A stretch of DNA of 64,000 bases from positions 186,001 to 250,000 of the IMG/VR virus record IMGVR_UViG_3300042367_000228; one strand, written 5' to 3'. The notes under the pieces were generated by a model. The model searched no databases. It had not been told where the DNA came from and saw only the letters and a list, made by a program, of their open reading frames with translations. Shown here piece after piece: positions 31,175-41,142 of this stretch. The translations under genes and the position numbers were made by a program. Each line of letters starts with the position of its first letter. The stretch's first letter is position 1.

Positions 31175-31975
31175 CTATGTCCACATGTGATGTCTAACTT
31201 TAATGAGTCTAATCATCATATCTTCGTCTTCTTGTTCTTGTGCTAATTCAATATCATTACTAAGCATTAATAATTTTAATGATTTTTCTTCTTCCTCTTT
31301 AGTACGGTTATTGTTAAACATTGTACCATACTTTTCTTCTTCGTAATTGTAAAAATCACCAAGACCTGATTCGTCTATTGGATCTTTACGTTTAGGATAT
31401 TCTTCAGTCCACCATAAGTACAATTTTTTTATTTCAATTGCAGCAAGTGCTTGTGGAGATAGATCATAATGTGTTTTATCTTTATTTTCGTAAACTAACT
31501 CTGATGCCCAATCTAAGTAATCTAAACCAGCTTGTTTACTACGCCATGATCTCCAATGAAAGTTTGGAACATTGTACTTTTCGTATTGTGCTTTATCATC
31601 CCAACGAATAAAATTCCAAGCAAGTTCAACTTCAACAAAGTCAACTAGTTCATTAAACATACAAGGTAAAAATCTATAACCAACATCACACCAGTCACCT
31701 GGTTTAATGTCTTTAGGATGTGCAGTTAACCCGTGTGTACGACTAACCCATCTGTTTTCAACATAATATTTAATATTGTAAAAAGTATCTGATGGAAACA
31801 TAACAATATCTTGAAGTTTATCAAGTAGTTCTTCTGCAATCCAAAAGCGAAGTGGGTGGGTGGCCTTTGCAAGTTTTTGAATAGAGACCCACCCTTCACT
31901 AGACTCATATTCTGGATATTTTGTACCGCGGATCCAATCCGCAAAATCACCGCATGACCAATAGTTACTTCTCAT
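31175..31975 (-). CDS. Hypothetical Trp-rich protein
   Basis: 266-aa ORF in operon. Confidence 0.7.
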   Translation of the reverse strand: MRSNYWSCGDFADWIRGTKYPEYESSEGWVSIQKLAKATHPLRFWIAEELLDKLQDIVMFPSDTFYNIKYYVENRWVSRTHGLTAHPKDIKPGDWCDVGYRFLPCMFNELVDFVEVELAWNFIRWDDKAQYEKYNVPNFHWRSWRSKQAGLDYLDWASELVYENKDKTHYDLSPQALAAIEIKKLYLWWTEEYPKRKDPIDESGLGDFYNYEEEKYGTMFNNNRTKEEEEKSLKLLMLSNDIELAQEQEDEDMMIRLIKVRHHMWT

Positions 31976-31979
31976 TTGT

Positions 31980-32348
31980 TTATCCTCTTGTTAAAAATGG
32001 TGTTAGTTCAGGAGCGGAATATGTAGCTGGTTTTAGAACCTTGCCATCTTCCCTTTTAATAACTTTACCAGTCGCTGGATCTACTTTAGACATATTTGAT
32101 CTAATTACTTCATTCCATGCACCTTCGGCATCTGCACCTAATGAATGTAACGCGCCTACAACTACAACTAAAATATCAATCAATGCATCAAGTTGTTCAA
32201 CTTTATCATCTTGATCAACTGCGTCCTGTAGTTCTTGTACTTCTTCTTTGATTAAGTCTAAGTACATATTATATTGTGATTTGTTATAATTGTCAACTGT
32301 TTGATCACCGGCAATCATAAATTTTTCTTGGTCTTTGAAAATAGACAT
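31980..32348 (-). CDS. MazG-like nucleoside triphosphate pyrophosphohydrolase (PRA-PH family)
   Basis: LIKEEVQEL..DALIDILVV..EVIRSNMSK..REDGKVLKP; GAGG RBS before ATG 32348 (an in-frame upstream start near 32495 is also possible). Confidence 0.8.
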   Translation of the reverse strand: MSIFKDQEKFMIAGDQTVDNYNKSQYNMYLDLIKEEVQELQDAVDQDDKVEQLDALIDILVVVVGALHSLGADAEGAWNEVIRSNMSKVDPATGKVIKREDGKVLKPATYSAPELTPFLTRG

Positions 32349-32491
32349 AGTGTTCCTCTTGGTTTGTTTTTGTATCTGCTTTATTTTTTCTTGTGTTGCT
32401 CGTAAATCTTCTATAATTAATTTATCTAGTTCGTAAGTTATCTCTTTTTTTAGATCTTTTAATATACGTTCTTCAATAGTTGGTTTACGTT

Positions 32492-32686
32492 TCATCTTCT
32501 TACGTTGTCTGTGAATGCCCAGCCTAAGCAAATAATCCATATTACTACAGACCAGCCGGCTAAGAAGTTAAAAATAAAAATTGGCATAAAATTATTATGT
32601 CCACGTTCGCTTGCTATAAGTGTCGGAGCAAAGTATATAAAAAATGTCAATATTGCCGCAAACAGGATTATAATATCAATCATCAT
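32492..32686 (-). CDS. imm: Superinfection immunity (Imm-family) membrane protein
   Basis: YFAPTLIA..RGH.N...IF.FN.LAGWSVV.W...L.WA pattern. Confidence 0.8.
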   Translation of the reverse strand: MMIDIIILFAAILTFFIYFAPTLIASERGHNNFMPIFIFNFLAGWSVVIWIICLGWAFTDNVRR

Positions 32687-32766
32687 CTTCCGGTTCCATT
32701 GCTGAGTATATTAACGCGCATTCTTCTAACATTTTAAATTCTCTTTGCATACTTGTCAATTCTTCT

Positions 32767-32961
32767 TCATTCATTTTTAATGTCTTTAGTTAGGGTTGGT
32801 GTAACACATCCAACTGGTTTAGGTCGGACGTATGGTTCTTTTATAAACTCTACGTGGCAATCCACGCATATAAACATATCCCTAGATACTATTATTAGCA
32901 TCCCAGCGCCGCAACGCGGACACTGGTTCCCTGTTACTTCATCATATGACTGTGTGGTCAT
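32767..32961 (-). CDS. Small zinc-ribbon protein
   Basis: CPRC...CVDC. Confidence 0.55.
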   Translation of the reverse strand: MTTQSYDEVTGNQCPRCGAGMLIIVSRDMFICVDCHVEFIKEPYVRPKPVGCVTPTLTKDIKNE

Positions 32962-34316
32962 TTAGTCTTTCCCATTGCACTATCAAACTGATCCTGAACT
33001 CTTTCTAATGAATCAGCTTCTGTTTTGTCTTTACGGAATTCTACAAATCTTGGTAAAAACAAACTGTAATACACATTGCTTGATGTTGGCGGCATAATGT
33101 TGTTGGATCTAACTGTTACAATTGTTCCATATAATTCATCTTTGCGATTAAAGATGTCTTTACGTAAATCATCTGTAAATCCTGATACGTTAACTACTAA
33201 CTTGCTATCTGATGATTGACATGTAATAGATCCAAACAATGCAGCATTCTTACCATTACCTTCTGTAAATGCTACAATTTCTAAATCAACATCTACTTCA
33301 AGTTTAAGTTTAACTTGATCTTTGCTTGTACCGTCACGCCATTTAGCATCTGGACGTTTAATAATAGTACCTTCAAGTCCTTGTTCTACTAACTCAAGAT
33401 AATGGTTAAATGCTTCTTCCCATGAAAACACTAATTTTGTTTCAATCATTTGTACATGTTGTGGATCAGTTACTGCTTGCGATGCAACTTGATTTTTTAA
33501 TGGATAGTATCTATCAGCATATTCTACAGTGCCTTTACCTTTTGGTACAGCTTCAGATAACGGAATTTGATCCCATATTAAAAATAAAGGTTCTTCATTT
33601 TCAGCAAACGAACCACCATCTGCTATACTGTTTAAGATACCATTGCCTATTTCACGTGGCAAAATAACACCATCACGCTTTACAACAAGTTCACCATGTG
33701 TTTGTGTATTACAATGCATTTTACGTTGCATGTAATCAATGATGTTTTTAAACGGTTCTAATGGCATTGGATTACCACTTCTGCTTAATAACTCAATAGA
33801 CAAGTCTTCATAGAAGTTAGCATTGATATACATGCCATCTGCTTTTAACTGTGAATACACGCCTTTAGACCATGGCCAAGTATCAAGTTTAACATGTTTA
33901 GGTAATGAGCAACGTTGATATGGAAACTCTGGAATTAATCCTTTCCATACTTTATTTACTGTAGCTGCTTGTACACCGCAACGTAAGTCTTTATTTATAA
34001 CTTTGATAACGACTTGTGCATCACTTTCTGTTACAGATTCTAAAATATTTTTAAGATGATCAATGCCTGCGTAACCTGTATAAGTACGGTCAGCTAATGC
34101 ATGTAAGTGAACAATAGCTTCGTCAAGAAGCATTGTAGGTGTTCCTGTATTAGGAATGTAATCAGGAATTTTTTTGATGTTAAAAGGAAGTAATTTATTA
34201 GTGGCACAAAAGCACACATCTTTCAATAATTCATTAGTGCTATTGTTTTTAAGAATGTCAATTTTGCTGTTAGTTTTTGGTTCATTAGCTAACTGTTCTA
34301 AAATTGCAGTGATCAT
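32958..34316 (-). CDS. ATP-dependent DNA ligase (T4 gp30-like)
   Basis: KADG motif I, HGEL, WDQI, EGTIIK, VKLK, SLFLPRFVEFRKDK. Confidence 0.92.
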   Translation of the reverse strand: MITAILEQLANEPKTNSKIDILKNNSTNELLKDVCFCATNKLLPFNIKKIPDYIPNTGTPTMLLDEAIVHLHALADRTYTGYAGIDHLKNILESVTESDAQVVIKVINKDLRCGVQAATVNKVWKGLIPEFPYQRCSLPKHVKLDTWPWSKGVYSQLKADGMYINANFYEDLSIELLSRSGNPMPLEPFKNIIDYMQRKMHCNTQTHGELVVKRDGVILPREIGNGILNSIADGGSFAENEEPLFLIWDQIPLSEAVPKGKGTVEYADRYYPLKNQVASQAVTDPQHVQMIETKLVFSWEEAFNHYLELVEQGLEGTIIKRPDAKWRDGTSKDQVKLKLEVDVDLEIVAFTEGNGKNAALFGSITCQSSDSKLVVNVSGFTDDLRKDIFNRKDELYGTIVTVRSNNIMPPTSSNVYYSLFLPRFVEFRKDKTEADSLERVQDQFDSAMGKTK

Positions 34317-34380
34317 GTGTACTCCTAGTAATTAATTAAAATGCTATTATACAACAGTACACATAACTTGTCAACTGATT

Positions 34381-35049
34381 TTACATATAATGTGCTCTAT
34401 GCACTGCATCTGTATAACCAACATCAATTACAACTGGTTTACCGTTAAATATACCCCAATTAGCTGTTCTTACGAAGTCAAATAACCCGATATTAAAATT
34501 AACTGCAAGCTCAGTTAATGCCTGTGCATATTCTTCGCATAACTCAACATCTTCGTCTGTGTAATTAAAGCGTTCTGATTGTAATTCACGGATAACTTCA
34601 TTGTGACTTAATATCAGACCTTTTGCATCGGTACTAGCTGCTGCCATTGAAACTAATAACTGTAATGTACCGCACTTCATTATGTTACACAATTGTTTTT
34701 CAGTAGCTTTCTGTGCTTTTTCCATATGAATCCAAACAGGAGCATCATGCGCTTCGTCATAATCAATAATTGGAATAGTAATACCTAATTGTTGCACATA
34801 ACCATCATCTAATATATTTGCTTCTGCTTTGTTTTGTGCCATGCCTTTTATATTATGGGCAACTTTAAGAACAGTAGTCCTACCTAGGTATTCTATTTCA
34901 AATGCAGTCCTTGATGAGCCCCTGCCTAACTTTTGAGCTCGTGCTGCAGTATAATCCATTCTTTTTTTGTAAGTGTTATCCGGAGTAAATACATTGCTAT
35001 CCCAATCCGGAGGTAAGGGAGCTTCGTTGAGTAATTCTGATATTTTCAT
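34381..35049 (-). CDS. Kinase-like hypothetical protein with MKISELLNE leader
   Basis: LGRGSSRTAF..VLKVA..E..D..NWG..PVVIDVG resembles a minimal kinase fold; TAAATA upstream. Confidence 0.55.
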   Translation of the reverse strand: MKISELLNEAPLPPDWDSNVFTPDNTYKKRMDYTAARAQKLGRGSSRTAFEIEYLGRTTVLKVAHNIKGMAQNKAEANILDDGYVQQLGITIPIIDYDEAHDAPVWIHMEKAQKATEKQLCNIMKCGTLQLLVSMAAASTDAKGLILSHNEVIRELQSERFNYTDEDVELCEEYAQALTELAVNFNIGLFDFVRTANWGIFNGKPVVIDVGYTDAVHRAHYM

Positions 35050-35167
35050 ACTATTATTTAGTCATCACAATCTAATAAAACCATTAATGTTATAATTGTA
35101 AAAATTATCGCAATCATTACTGCTCCAAATTCGTCTGCTATGTTAACCATACTTTTCCCCCTTAGAC

Positions 35168-35195
35168 AAGAAAGGGGACCTAAGTCCCCTTTCTT
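35168..35195. terminator. Intrinsic terminator hairpin
   Basis: AAGAAAGGGGAC-CTAA-GTCCCCTTTCTT. Confidence 0.75.
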
Positions 35196-35254
35196 AAAGT
35201 ACTTAACTATTAATATTTATTAAGCAGATAAGTCTTGTTTTAGAAATTTTGAAT

Positions 35255-35428
35255 TTATCTTTCTTTGTGATGTTCTAAAGGAAGATGATGTCCTGGATGT
35301 TTGTAGTGTCGCTTGTAGTAGTGATCAAAGTTACCATCACGTAAATACTCACGATGTACAGGCTGTTCAGTACAGCCTGTAGTTAAATATGCCGCTAAAA
35401 ATATACTAGCGACGAGTAATAATTTCAT
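35255..35428 (-). CDS. Small His-rich putative lipoprotein
   Basis: Signal peptide ending LTTGC. Confidence 0.5.
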   Translation of the reverse strand: MKLLLVASIFLAAYLTTGCTEQPVHREYLRDGNFDHYYKRHYKHPGHHLPLEHHKER

Positions 35429-35987
35429 CAACAAGTCCATAATCCACACTCTCTTGAGCACTCATAAAATAGTCACGACTCATATCTTGTTTGAGTTTAT
35501 CAAACGATTGACCAGTATTTTTTACATACACTTCTGTTAAGTAGGTATTTAACTTCAATGTTTCTTCAAGTGCAATTTGCATGTCAATAGCAGTACCGCG
35601 TGTACCTGAACTAACTTGATGGATCATGTGTCTTGCGCTTGGAAGAATTTTACGTTTACCTTTAGCACCTGAGCTAGCAAGTAAGCTACCCATGCTGCAT
35701 GCTTGACCCATTACAATAGTTGAAACATCAGGTTTGATAAAGTTCATTGTATCAAGAATAGCAAGTCCTGCCGTAACTGAACCGCCTGGACTGTTAATAA
35801 AGAAACTAATATCTTCGTTGCCTTGACTTTCTAAAAAAAGCAACTGAGCAACAATAATACTTGCAGAATGCTCGTTAACATCTGAATCAAGCATAAGAAT
35901 TCTATCTTTAAGCAATCGCGAATAAATGTCATAGGATCGTTCGCCTTTTGCTTCTGACTCTACAACCATTGGGATTAAAGCTGGCAT
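35406..35987 (-). CDS. clpP: ATP-dependent Clp protease proteolytic subunit
   Basis: [41 protein letters not shown]. Confidence 0.95.
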   Translation of the reverse strand: MPALIPMVVESEAKGERSYDIYSRLLKDRILMLDSDVNEHSASIIVAQLLFLESQGNEDISFFINSPGGSVTAGLAILDTMNFIKPDVSTIVMGQACSMGSLLASSGAKGKRKILPSARHMIHQVSSGTRGTAIDMQIALEETLKLNTYLTEVYVKNTGQSFDKLKQDMSRDYFMSAQESVDYGLVDEIITRR

Positions 35988-36051
35988 ATATGTATCTCCT
36001 TGTTAAGTAATAAAAATATAATTATACAGTAAATGTTACAGTTTGTCAACA

Positions 36052-36285
36052 CTAACGTTTAGCGTTGACAACCGTAATATCAGGTCCATTACTAACAAAA
36101 CTTAGTTGTCCCATATATCCTTCAAACTGATGACCATTCCACTCAAGATGTAATTTAACATTTTTATCAATTACTACGTTAAGGTGTTTCTTTTCCTTAA
36201 ACGATGCAACCTCTGCAACCATCTTTTTACCGTTATCTTCACAGATAATTTCGCATGTGTCATCTACATATTCTCGTCTTTGCAT
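36052..36285 (-). CDS. Hypothetical protein
   Basis: 77-aa ORF downstream of operon genes. Confidence 0.6.
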   Translation of the reverse strand: MQRREYVDDTCEIICEDNGKKMVAEVASFKEKKHLNVVIDKNVKLHLEWNGHQFEGYMGQLSFVSNGPDITVVNAKR

Positions 36286-36449
36286 TATTCCCCCGATACA
36301 GCGTTATGAAGTTCGACTAGTTGTGCTTCTAATGTTGCAATGTAGTTTTCAAGTTTATCAATGTGATCTGCAACTTGAGTTAAAAAAGTGTTAGTATTAG
36401 TTGATGTTGTTCTAATCATCTCACTAATTGAAATTTTTTCTTCTGTCAT
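36285..36449 (-). CDS. Small coiled-coil hypothetical protein (not in ORF track)
   Basis: AAGGA RBS; MTEEKISISEMIR...VSGE, stop overlaps next ATG. Confidence 0.55.
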   Translation of the reverse strand: MTEEKISISEMIRTTSTNTNTFLTQVADHIDKLENYIATLEAQLVELHNAVSGE

Positions 36450-36457
36450 AATATCCT

Positions 36458-36790
36458 TTATAGTTGAATGTTAAGTTCAGTTACTTTTTTAGTTATAGTA
36501 TTACGACCATACCCTAAAACTATAGCTGTTTCTTGACGTCTATTTTCATTAAACTCAAGTGCAGTTTTGATTAACACATGTTCTGCATCAGCTCCGATAT
36601 TTTTAATCGCAGGATCTTTATTAACTAACAATTGAATAACTTCGGCACGCAATAAATCTTTCCAAGATTTATTAGGACCGGTTACAAGTTGTTGATAGTC
36701 TTTTACTTGACTTTCGAGAGATTTAATTTTGTCTTCTAGCCCGTTAATATAATCGTCAATTTGTGCTAGAGTTAAATTTTTTGTATCCAT
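36458..36790 (-). CDS. Coiled-coil + Fis/NtrC-type HTH protein
   Basis: C-terminal EHVLIKTAL..RQETAIVLGYGRNTITKKVTEL closely follows the NtrC DNA-binding domain pattern. Confidence 0.75.
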   Translation of the reverse strand: MDTKNLTLAQIDDYINGLEDKIKSLESQVKDYQQLVTGPNKSWKDLLRAEVIQLLVNKDPAIKNIGADAEHVLIKTALEFNENRRQETAIVLGYGRNTITKKVTELNIQL

Positions 36791-36799
36791 AATAACTCC

Positions 36800-37579
36800 T
36801 TAAATAGTAATGTATTGTAACTTAAACTTATCATGCATGTGTTCTCCAGGATATCCTCTAGAATTGTTTAGCATAACACATTCGTTAACAATTGGTGTTT
36901 TTGGATCGTGTTGATGTCCAAAGAAAGCATAATCAAAATTAGTTAATAAATGATCTAAATTAGATCCAAACAACCCATTCATAATAGGATCATTTTTATA
37001 ATGATCAGCAGTTGTTTGCATCGATGGTGAATGATGAGTAATTAAAATATTGTTGTCATAACCAGCCTTGTCAACATGTTCCACCCATTTAACAAAGTGT
37101 TTATGACGTGCAAGTATGTCGGGTACACTAACACGAGCTTCGCCATTAAAAATAACTCGATAGTCATTTATTAATGTAGGTGCGCGTATTAATGTAAATG
37201 GATCTTCATTATTATAATCAGTCCATAATGTACCGCCTACAAACAAGTTATTATCGATGACTATATAGTCACCGTTGAGAATATGAAAGTTTTCGTATGG
37301 AAGTAATTCTTTCAATGTATCTATTGCTTCGTCAATCGACGAACCATAATATTCATGATTTCCCATAACCATAAGCACATGCTTAAACTTATCAGTAACA
37401 GTATCAAAGAAATTTGTAATATCGTCACCATCACTTGTTCTAGTTGATTCTGTAATTCTTTTAAATCTTGATACATTAAGTATATCTCCAGCTAAAATTA
37501 GCACATCTGCAGGTTCAATATCGTCTAAGATTAATGGTTCAAATTCAAAATGTAAATCTGATGCATAAGCAATTTTCAT
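36800..37579 (-). CDS. Calcineurin-like metallophosphoesterase
   Basis: SDLH, AGD, GNHE, THH, GHQH motifs. Confidence 0.88.
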   Translation of the reverse strand: MKIAYASDLHFEFEPLILDDIEPADVLILAGDILNVSRFKRITESTRTSDGDDITNFFDTVTDKFKHVLMVMGNHEYYGSSIDEAIDTLKELLPYENFHILNGDYIVIDNNLFVGGTLWTDYNNEDPFTLIRAPTLINDYRVIFNGEARVSVPDILARHKHFVKWVEHVDKAGYDNNILITHHSPSMQTTADHYKNDPIMNGLFGSNLDHLLTNFDYAFFGHQHDPKTPIVNECVMLNNSRGYPGEHMHDKFKLQYITI

Positions 37580-37587
37580 ATTCTCTC

Positions 37588-37806
37588 CTACAATCTATAA
37601 ACAACTCTACCCTTGTTAAGATCGTATGCGCTAACTTCGATCTTAACTTTGTCACCAGCAATAACTCTAATCTTGTGCCGTTTAAGCTTCCCGCTTGTAT
37701 AGCACACTAATTCATGTTCAGATTGATCTATTTTAACTCTAAACATGTTACCCGGTAACACTTCATTTACTTTTCCTGTAAATTCAATTATATCTTCTTT
37801 GCTCAT
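37588..37806 (-). CDS. infA: Translation initiation factor IF-1
   Basis: MSKEDIIEFTGKV.EVLP..FRV..SGK....IRV..GDKV.IE.S.YDL.KGR..YR. Confidence 0.92.
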   Translation of the reverse strand: MSKEDIIEFTGKVNEVLPGNMFRVKIDQSEHELVCYTSGKLKRHKIRVIAGDKVKIEVSAYDLNKGRVVYRL

Positions 37807-37818
37807 ATATCTCCAATG

Positions 37819-38148
37819 TTAGTATTTGTGAAAGCTGCCTTGAAAGCAATGACGAAGTTCATGTCCAAATGTCCAGTAGTCTGGAGTTCTTGATGTCATA
37901 ATAAGACATGAATCGCCAAATATTGTAGTAGTCCAAAATGAACACGCTTCGATCGGTTTAGGATAACCACTAAACCCTCGACGTTTACTTTCTTTGTCGC
38001 ACCCTGCTCTAATATCATCTACTTGAACCCATTTGACAGTTGTTTTATCTGTAAGATTAGTTTTTGCAGAAAACTTATCATATGGTGATTCAGCGGCAGT
38101 TGCAGTAATTGCAGTTAAGAACAATGTAGCAAAAAAAGCATGTTTCAT
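37819..38148 (-). CDS. Exported hypothetical protein with HExxH motif
   Basis: Signal peptide MKHAFFATLFLTAITATAA; GHELRHC. Confidence 0.6.
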   Translation of the reverse strand: MKHAFFATLFLTAITATAAESPYDKFSAKTNLTDKTTVKWVQVDDIRAGCDKESKRRGFSGYPKPIEACSFWTTTIFGDSCLIMTSRTPDYWTFGHELRHCFQGSFHKY

Positions 38149-38206
38149 AGTAGTTACCCCGTGTGCTGTAAATAAAGTAATATTATAGTACATTTTGTGT
38201 GCTACG

Positions 38207-38737
38207 TCAAACTTTATTTAGCTCTTTTACTTGTGCAATCATATCATTTAATAACACTGGTCTATAGTCATGATGCTCAACACAAACATTAACATATCTA
38301 GGATCAGGAACATCACCGTCCATTACTAGGTTACTATGCAAATGACCATGTAGCTGTCCGCTCCATCTATTCAGTTCACTTGGGTGAATTGGAATATGAC
38401 TCATTAACACATTTTGTTGAACATGGTATGCTCTAATATCTCTAAAGTAAGGAGTATACTCATTAAGTCTAAAGATATCGTGGTTGCCTTTGATAAGAAC
38501 CATATCTTTACAATGTAATCTTGCTAACGTTGACAACGCTCTGCGATTAATTGCAACATCACCAAGAATGTACAATTTGTCAGTTGGTTTAACAGTTTCG
38601 TTGAACCGTTTAATAAGTTCTTCATCCATCTCTTCGTAGTTATCCCACGGACGAACTGGTTTACCAGTTGATGATATAAATTTACAAATTCCAACGTGTC
38701 CAAAGTGAGGATCAGACGTTACCCATACATCTTGCAT
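38207..38737 (-). CDS. Metallophosphoesterase
   Basis: SDPHFGH, LGD, GNHD, SHIP, HGHLH. Confidence 0.85.
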   Translation of the reverse strand: MQDVWVTSDPHFGHVGICKFISSTGKPVRPWDNYEEMDEELIKRFNETVKPTDKLYILGDVAINRRALSTLARLHCKDMVLIKGNHDIFRLNEYTPYFRDIRAYHVQQNVLMSHIPIHPSELNRWSGQLHGHLHSNLVMDGDVPDPRYVNVCVEHHDYRPVLLNDMIAQVKELNKV

Positions 38738-38745
38738 TAGTTCTC

Positions 38746-39207
38746 CTATACATGCCAAATTTCAGCAAAGCCTTCTTCTTCAGATGGCATTTGAAAAATA
38801 CTAGTCATCGATGCAATAACTGCATCGGATATGTTTTTGCCTGGACGACTTGCTAATCGTCTTGTAAGTTCATCAGGGTCTGGTGTAGAAAATACTACAG
38901 CAATCTTTTTATAACATAGAAACAGTTTTAACTTGTTAGCTCGCGACTTAACTGTTAAATTAGTTTGATCCCATATTGCATCGGTTTCTGCCACATTTGT
39001 AGTGATTGCTCGTTTGTTTAATAGTTGAGTTGCAGTTTTAACATAATCATCAAAAACTTCATTGTATGTTTTTCCAACTGACACTGCATACTCCTCTATA
39101 AACTTGTCTGAGCTAAGATACACACAATTCTTAGCCCAACTTTGATTGTTAACCCATGTAGACTTACCTGAACCAGGTACACCTACTAACATATAAAGTG
39201 TATTCAT
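38746..39207 (-). CDS. Polynucleotide kinase-like P-loop protein (AAA_33)
   Basis: GVPGSGKST, SSD, DQTNL, RxxxR lid. Confidence 0.8.
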   Translation of the reverse strand: MNTLYMLVGVPGSGKSTWVNNQSWAKNCVYLSSDKFIEEYAVSVGKTYNEVFDDYVKTATQLLNKRAITTNVAETDAIWDQTNLTVKSRANKLKLFLCYKKIAVVFSTPDPDELTRRLASRPGKNISDAVIASMTSIFQMPSEEEGFAEIWHV

Positions 39208-39216
39208 GTTTATTCC

Positions 39217-39645
39217 TTATTGTTTTTTTAATTCCCAAGTTTCCATTGCTAGCTTTGTTGTAACAGGAGACTTACCGTGAATAAAATTAAGTTGGTTACC
39301 GCTATCACTTACAACAAAGTATAATGGATCAGCATTACCGCCCATTTGGCCAACACACGATGTATTATCAAACACATATAATGTTGAACCTGTTACATCA
39401 GGTTGTGCTGGACGTCCGTTACCAGTTGCAGCAAAATACGATCTTACTACAACCATATTAGTATTAGTTACAGTTACCGACATAATTTGACTTTCCATAT
39501 AACCAATAACCGGGATCTTGTTAATAAATTGTTGTTCAGTATATTGGCCGTAGCCTACATATTTACCAATTATTGTTTTAGGACAAGTTGCATGTGCAGT
39601 TAATGTAGTTAATCCAAGTGTTGCTGCTAAAAGTAAACGTTTCAT
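39217..39645 (-). CDS. Exported hypothetical protein
   Basis: N-terminal signal peptide; GGAG RBS; sigma70-like promoter upstream. Confidence 0.6.
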   Translation of the reverse strand: MKRLLLAATLGLTTLTAHATCPKTIIGKYVGYGQYTEQQFINKIPVIGYMESQIMSVTVTNTNMVVVRSYFAATGNGRPAQPDVTGSTLYVFDNTSCVGQMGGNADPLYFVVSDSGNQLNFIHGKSPVTTKLAMETWELKKQ

Positions 39646-39718
39646 GTGCGCTCCTGTGTAGTTATTAAGTATGCATATATTATATTATTGTACATTGCAA
39701 TTGTCAATAAATATTTAC

Positions 39719-40027
39719 ATGAAACCACGAGATTTAAACATCATACTTAATAGATTAAGACAGTCTGCTAAAAAACGCGGAATTGAATTTAATTTAAAAA
39801 CTACTGATTTAGACGAAATTGGAATTCCAATCTCATGTCCTATTTTAGGAATACCGTTACATTGGCATAATGGAAAAGCTGAAGACGATTCTTATTCTAT
39901 TGATAGAATAGATTCAAATAAAGGATATGTGAAAGATAATATACAGTTTATGTCTGTAAAGGCAAATCGCGCCAAAAACAACTTAACAAGCGCAGAACTA
40001 AAGTTACTTAGTACATACTATAAATAA
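39719..40027 (+). CDS. Small HNH-like nuclease domain protein
   Basis: AKKRGIEF.L, CPILG, SIDRIDSNKGY..DN....S..AN..KN; ATAAATA immediately upstream. Confidence 0.7.
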   Translation: MKPRDLNIILNRLRQSAKKRGIEFNLKTTDLDEIGIPISCPILGIPLHWHNGKAEDDSYSIDRIDSNKGYVKDNIQFMSVKANRAKNNLTSAELKLLSTYYK

Positions 40028-40098
40028 AAAAATGCGCTTGTTACAGCGCATTTAAATGTTGTTAAATTATAATTATTTTATATGTGTTTACGTTACGC

Positions 40099-40992
40099 TT
40101 ACGGCGCAACATAAAATGCAACATCAGTTGTTTCTAATACAGCGACACCAGTTAACTGGATTGCAAAGTCTGCGACTGTATTGGATGTTGTACTTCCGTA
40201 TAAAATACTTGTATCAGTATCAAACCAGACTTTATGAGCAGCAGGAGAGTTATCAGAACTGAAACCTAACAAGGTAGTAATACCACTTAGATCAATCTTA
40301 TCTTTTTGTGAGTGATTAAAATCAGTGATTACATCACGAGTAGCATTAGTATTAGTTGATGTAATTGAATTAGCAAATACAAATGTATCAGAACCTAATC
40401 CGCCAGTTAACTTATCTAATATCATAGTACTTGTTAAAATATCGTTAGCTGCTGATGTTTGTTTGCTATATGTAATAAATCCAGTTGATTTTGTTTCAGA
40501 TTCTGCATATCCTAATTTATCAGTATAAGACACTGTTAAATTGATATAATTATACGAATTTGCATAATCAGCCGGTTTTACTTTATAGGTCATTTTATCG
40601 CCTAACGTCTCTCCAGCACTGTTTGTCCATTTATAAGACAACGTTCCTAATCCGTCTGCATCTTTAAGACTAGTTGCTGCAGTTAAGGTGTTACCAACGG
40701 TTGTTGCACCATTAATTGATACGGTGCCGGTATGAACGTGATTAAAAATATGAGATGTAGTTGATGTAGTCGGAGTTCCATCTGAATGAACATATAATGC
40801 AGTTACTGAAATATCAGTTTTAAGATCGGCTGCAGTTAAAATATAAGACGAATTAGTTGATAACACAGTATTACCACTTTTCCATTCATATGTAAGATTG
40901 TATATGCCATTGCTATCTGCAAGTGTTCCCGGAGCAACAGTTAATGTACTACCTGCAGTTTTTTTCCCAGTGATTTTTAATGTTCCTGTCAT
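40099..40992 (-). CDS. Ig-like repeat protein with RTX/serralysin-type C-terminal (T1SS) domain
   Basis: Two GxTLT..L.DxxG...LxYxW repeats; DKLTGGLGSDTFVF..DVITDF....DKIDLS..ADFAIQLTG. Confidence 0.7.
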   Translation of the reverse strand: MTGTLKITGKKTAGSTLTVAPGTLADSNGIYNLTYEWKSGNTVLSTNSSYILTAADLKTDISVTALYVHSDGTPTTSTTSHIFNHVHTGTVSINGATTVGNTLTAATSLKDADGLGTLSYKWTNSAGETLGDKMTYKVKPADYANSYNYINLTVSYTDKLGYAESETKSTGFITYSKQTSAANDILTSTMILDKLTGGLGSDTFVFANSITSTNTNATRDVITDFNHSQKDKIDLSGITTLLGFSSDNSPAAHKVWFDTDTSILYGSTTSNTVADFAIQLTGVAVLETTDVAFYVAP

Positions 40993-41026
40993 AGTTTTCC
41001 TTATTGGTGTATTTGTTAATAAAAGT

Positions 41027-41135
41027 GTAGTTGTTCTTTTGTGTCAGGTACAACTACTAAACCCCGTGAGAGCAGCCCATTCCAGTCATTTCGCTTCAGC
41101 CGACGCAGAGTACTTAAAGTAAGTGCTGGATCTGC
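41027..41135 (-). ncRNA. Structured intergenic element (hairpin + H-type pseudoknot) downstream of TROVE gene
   Basis: GC-rich; pairings GGGT/ACCT and GTAGTTGT/ACAACTAC interleaved. Confidence 0.4.
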
Positions 41136-41142
41136 AGAATTG

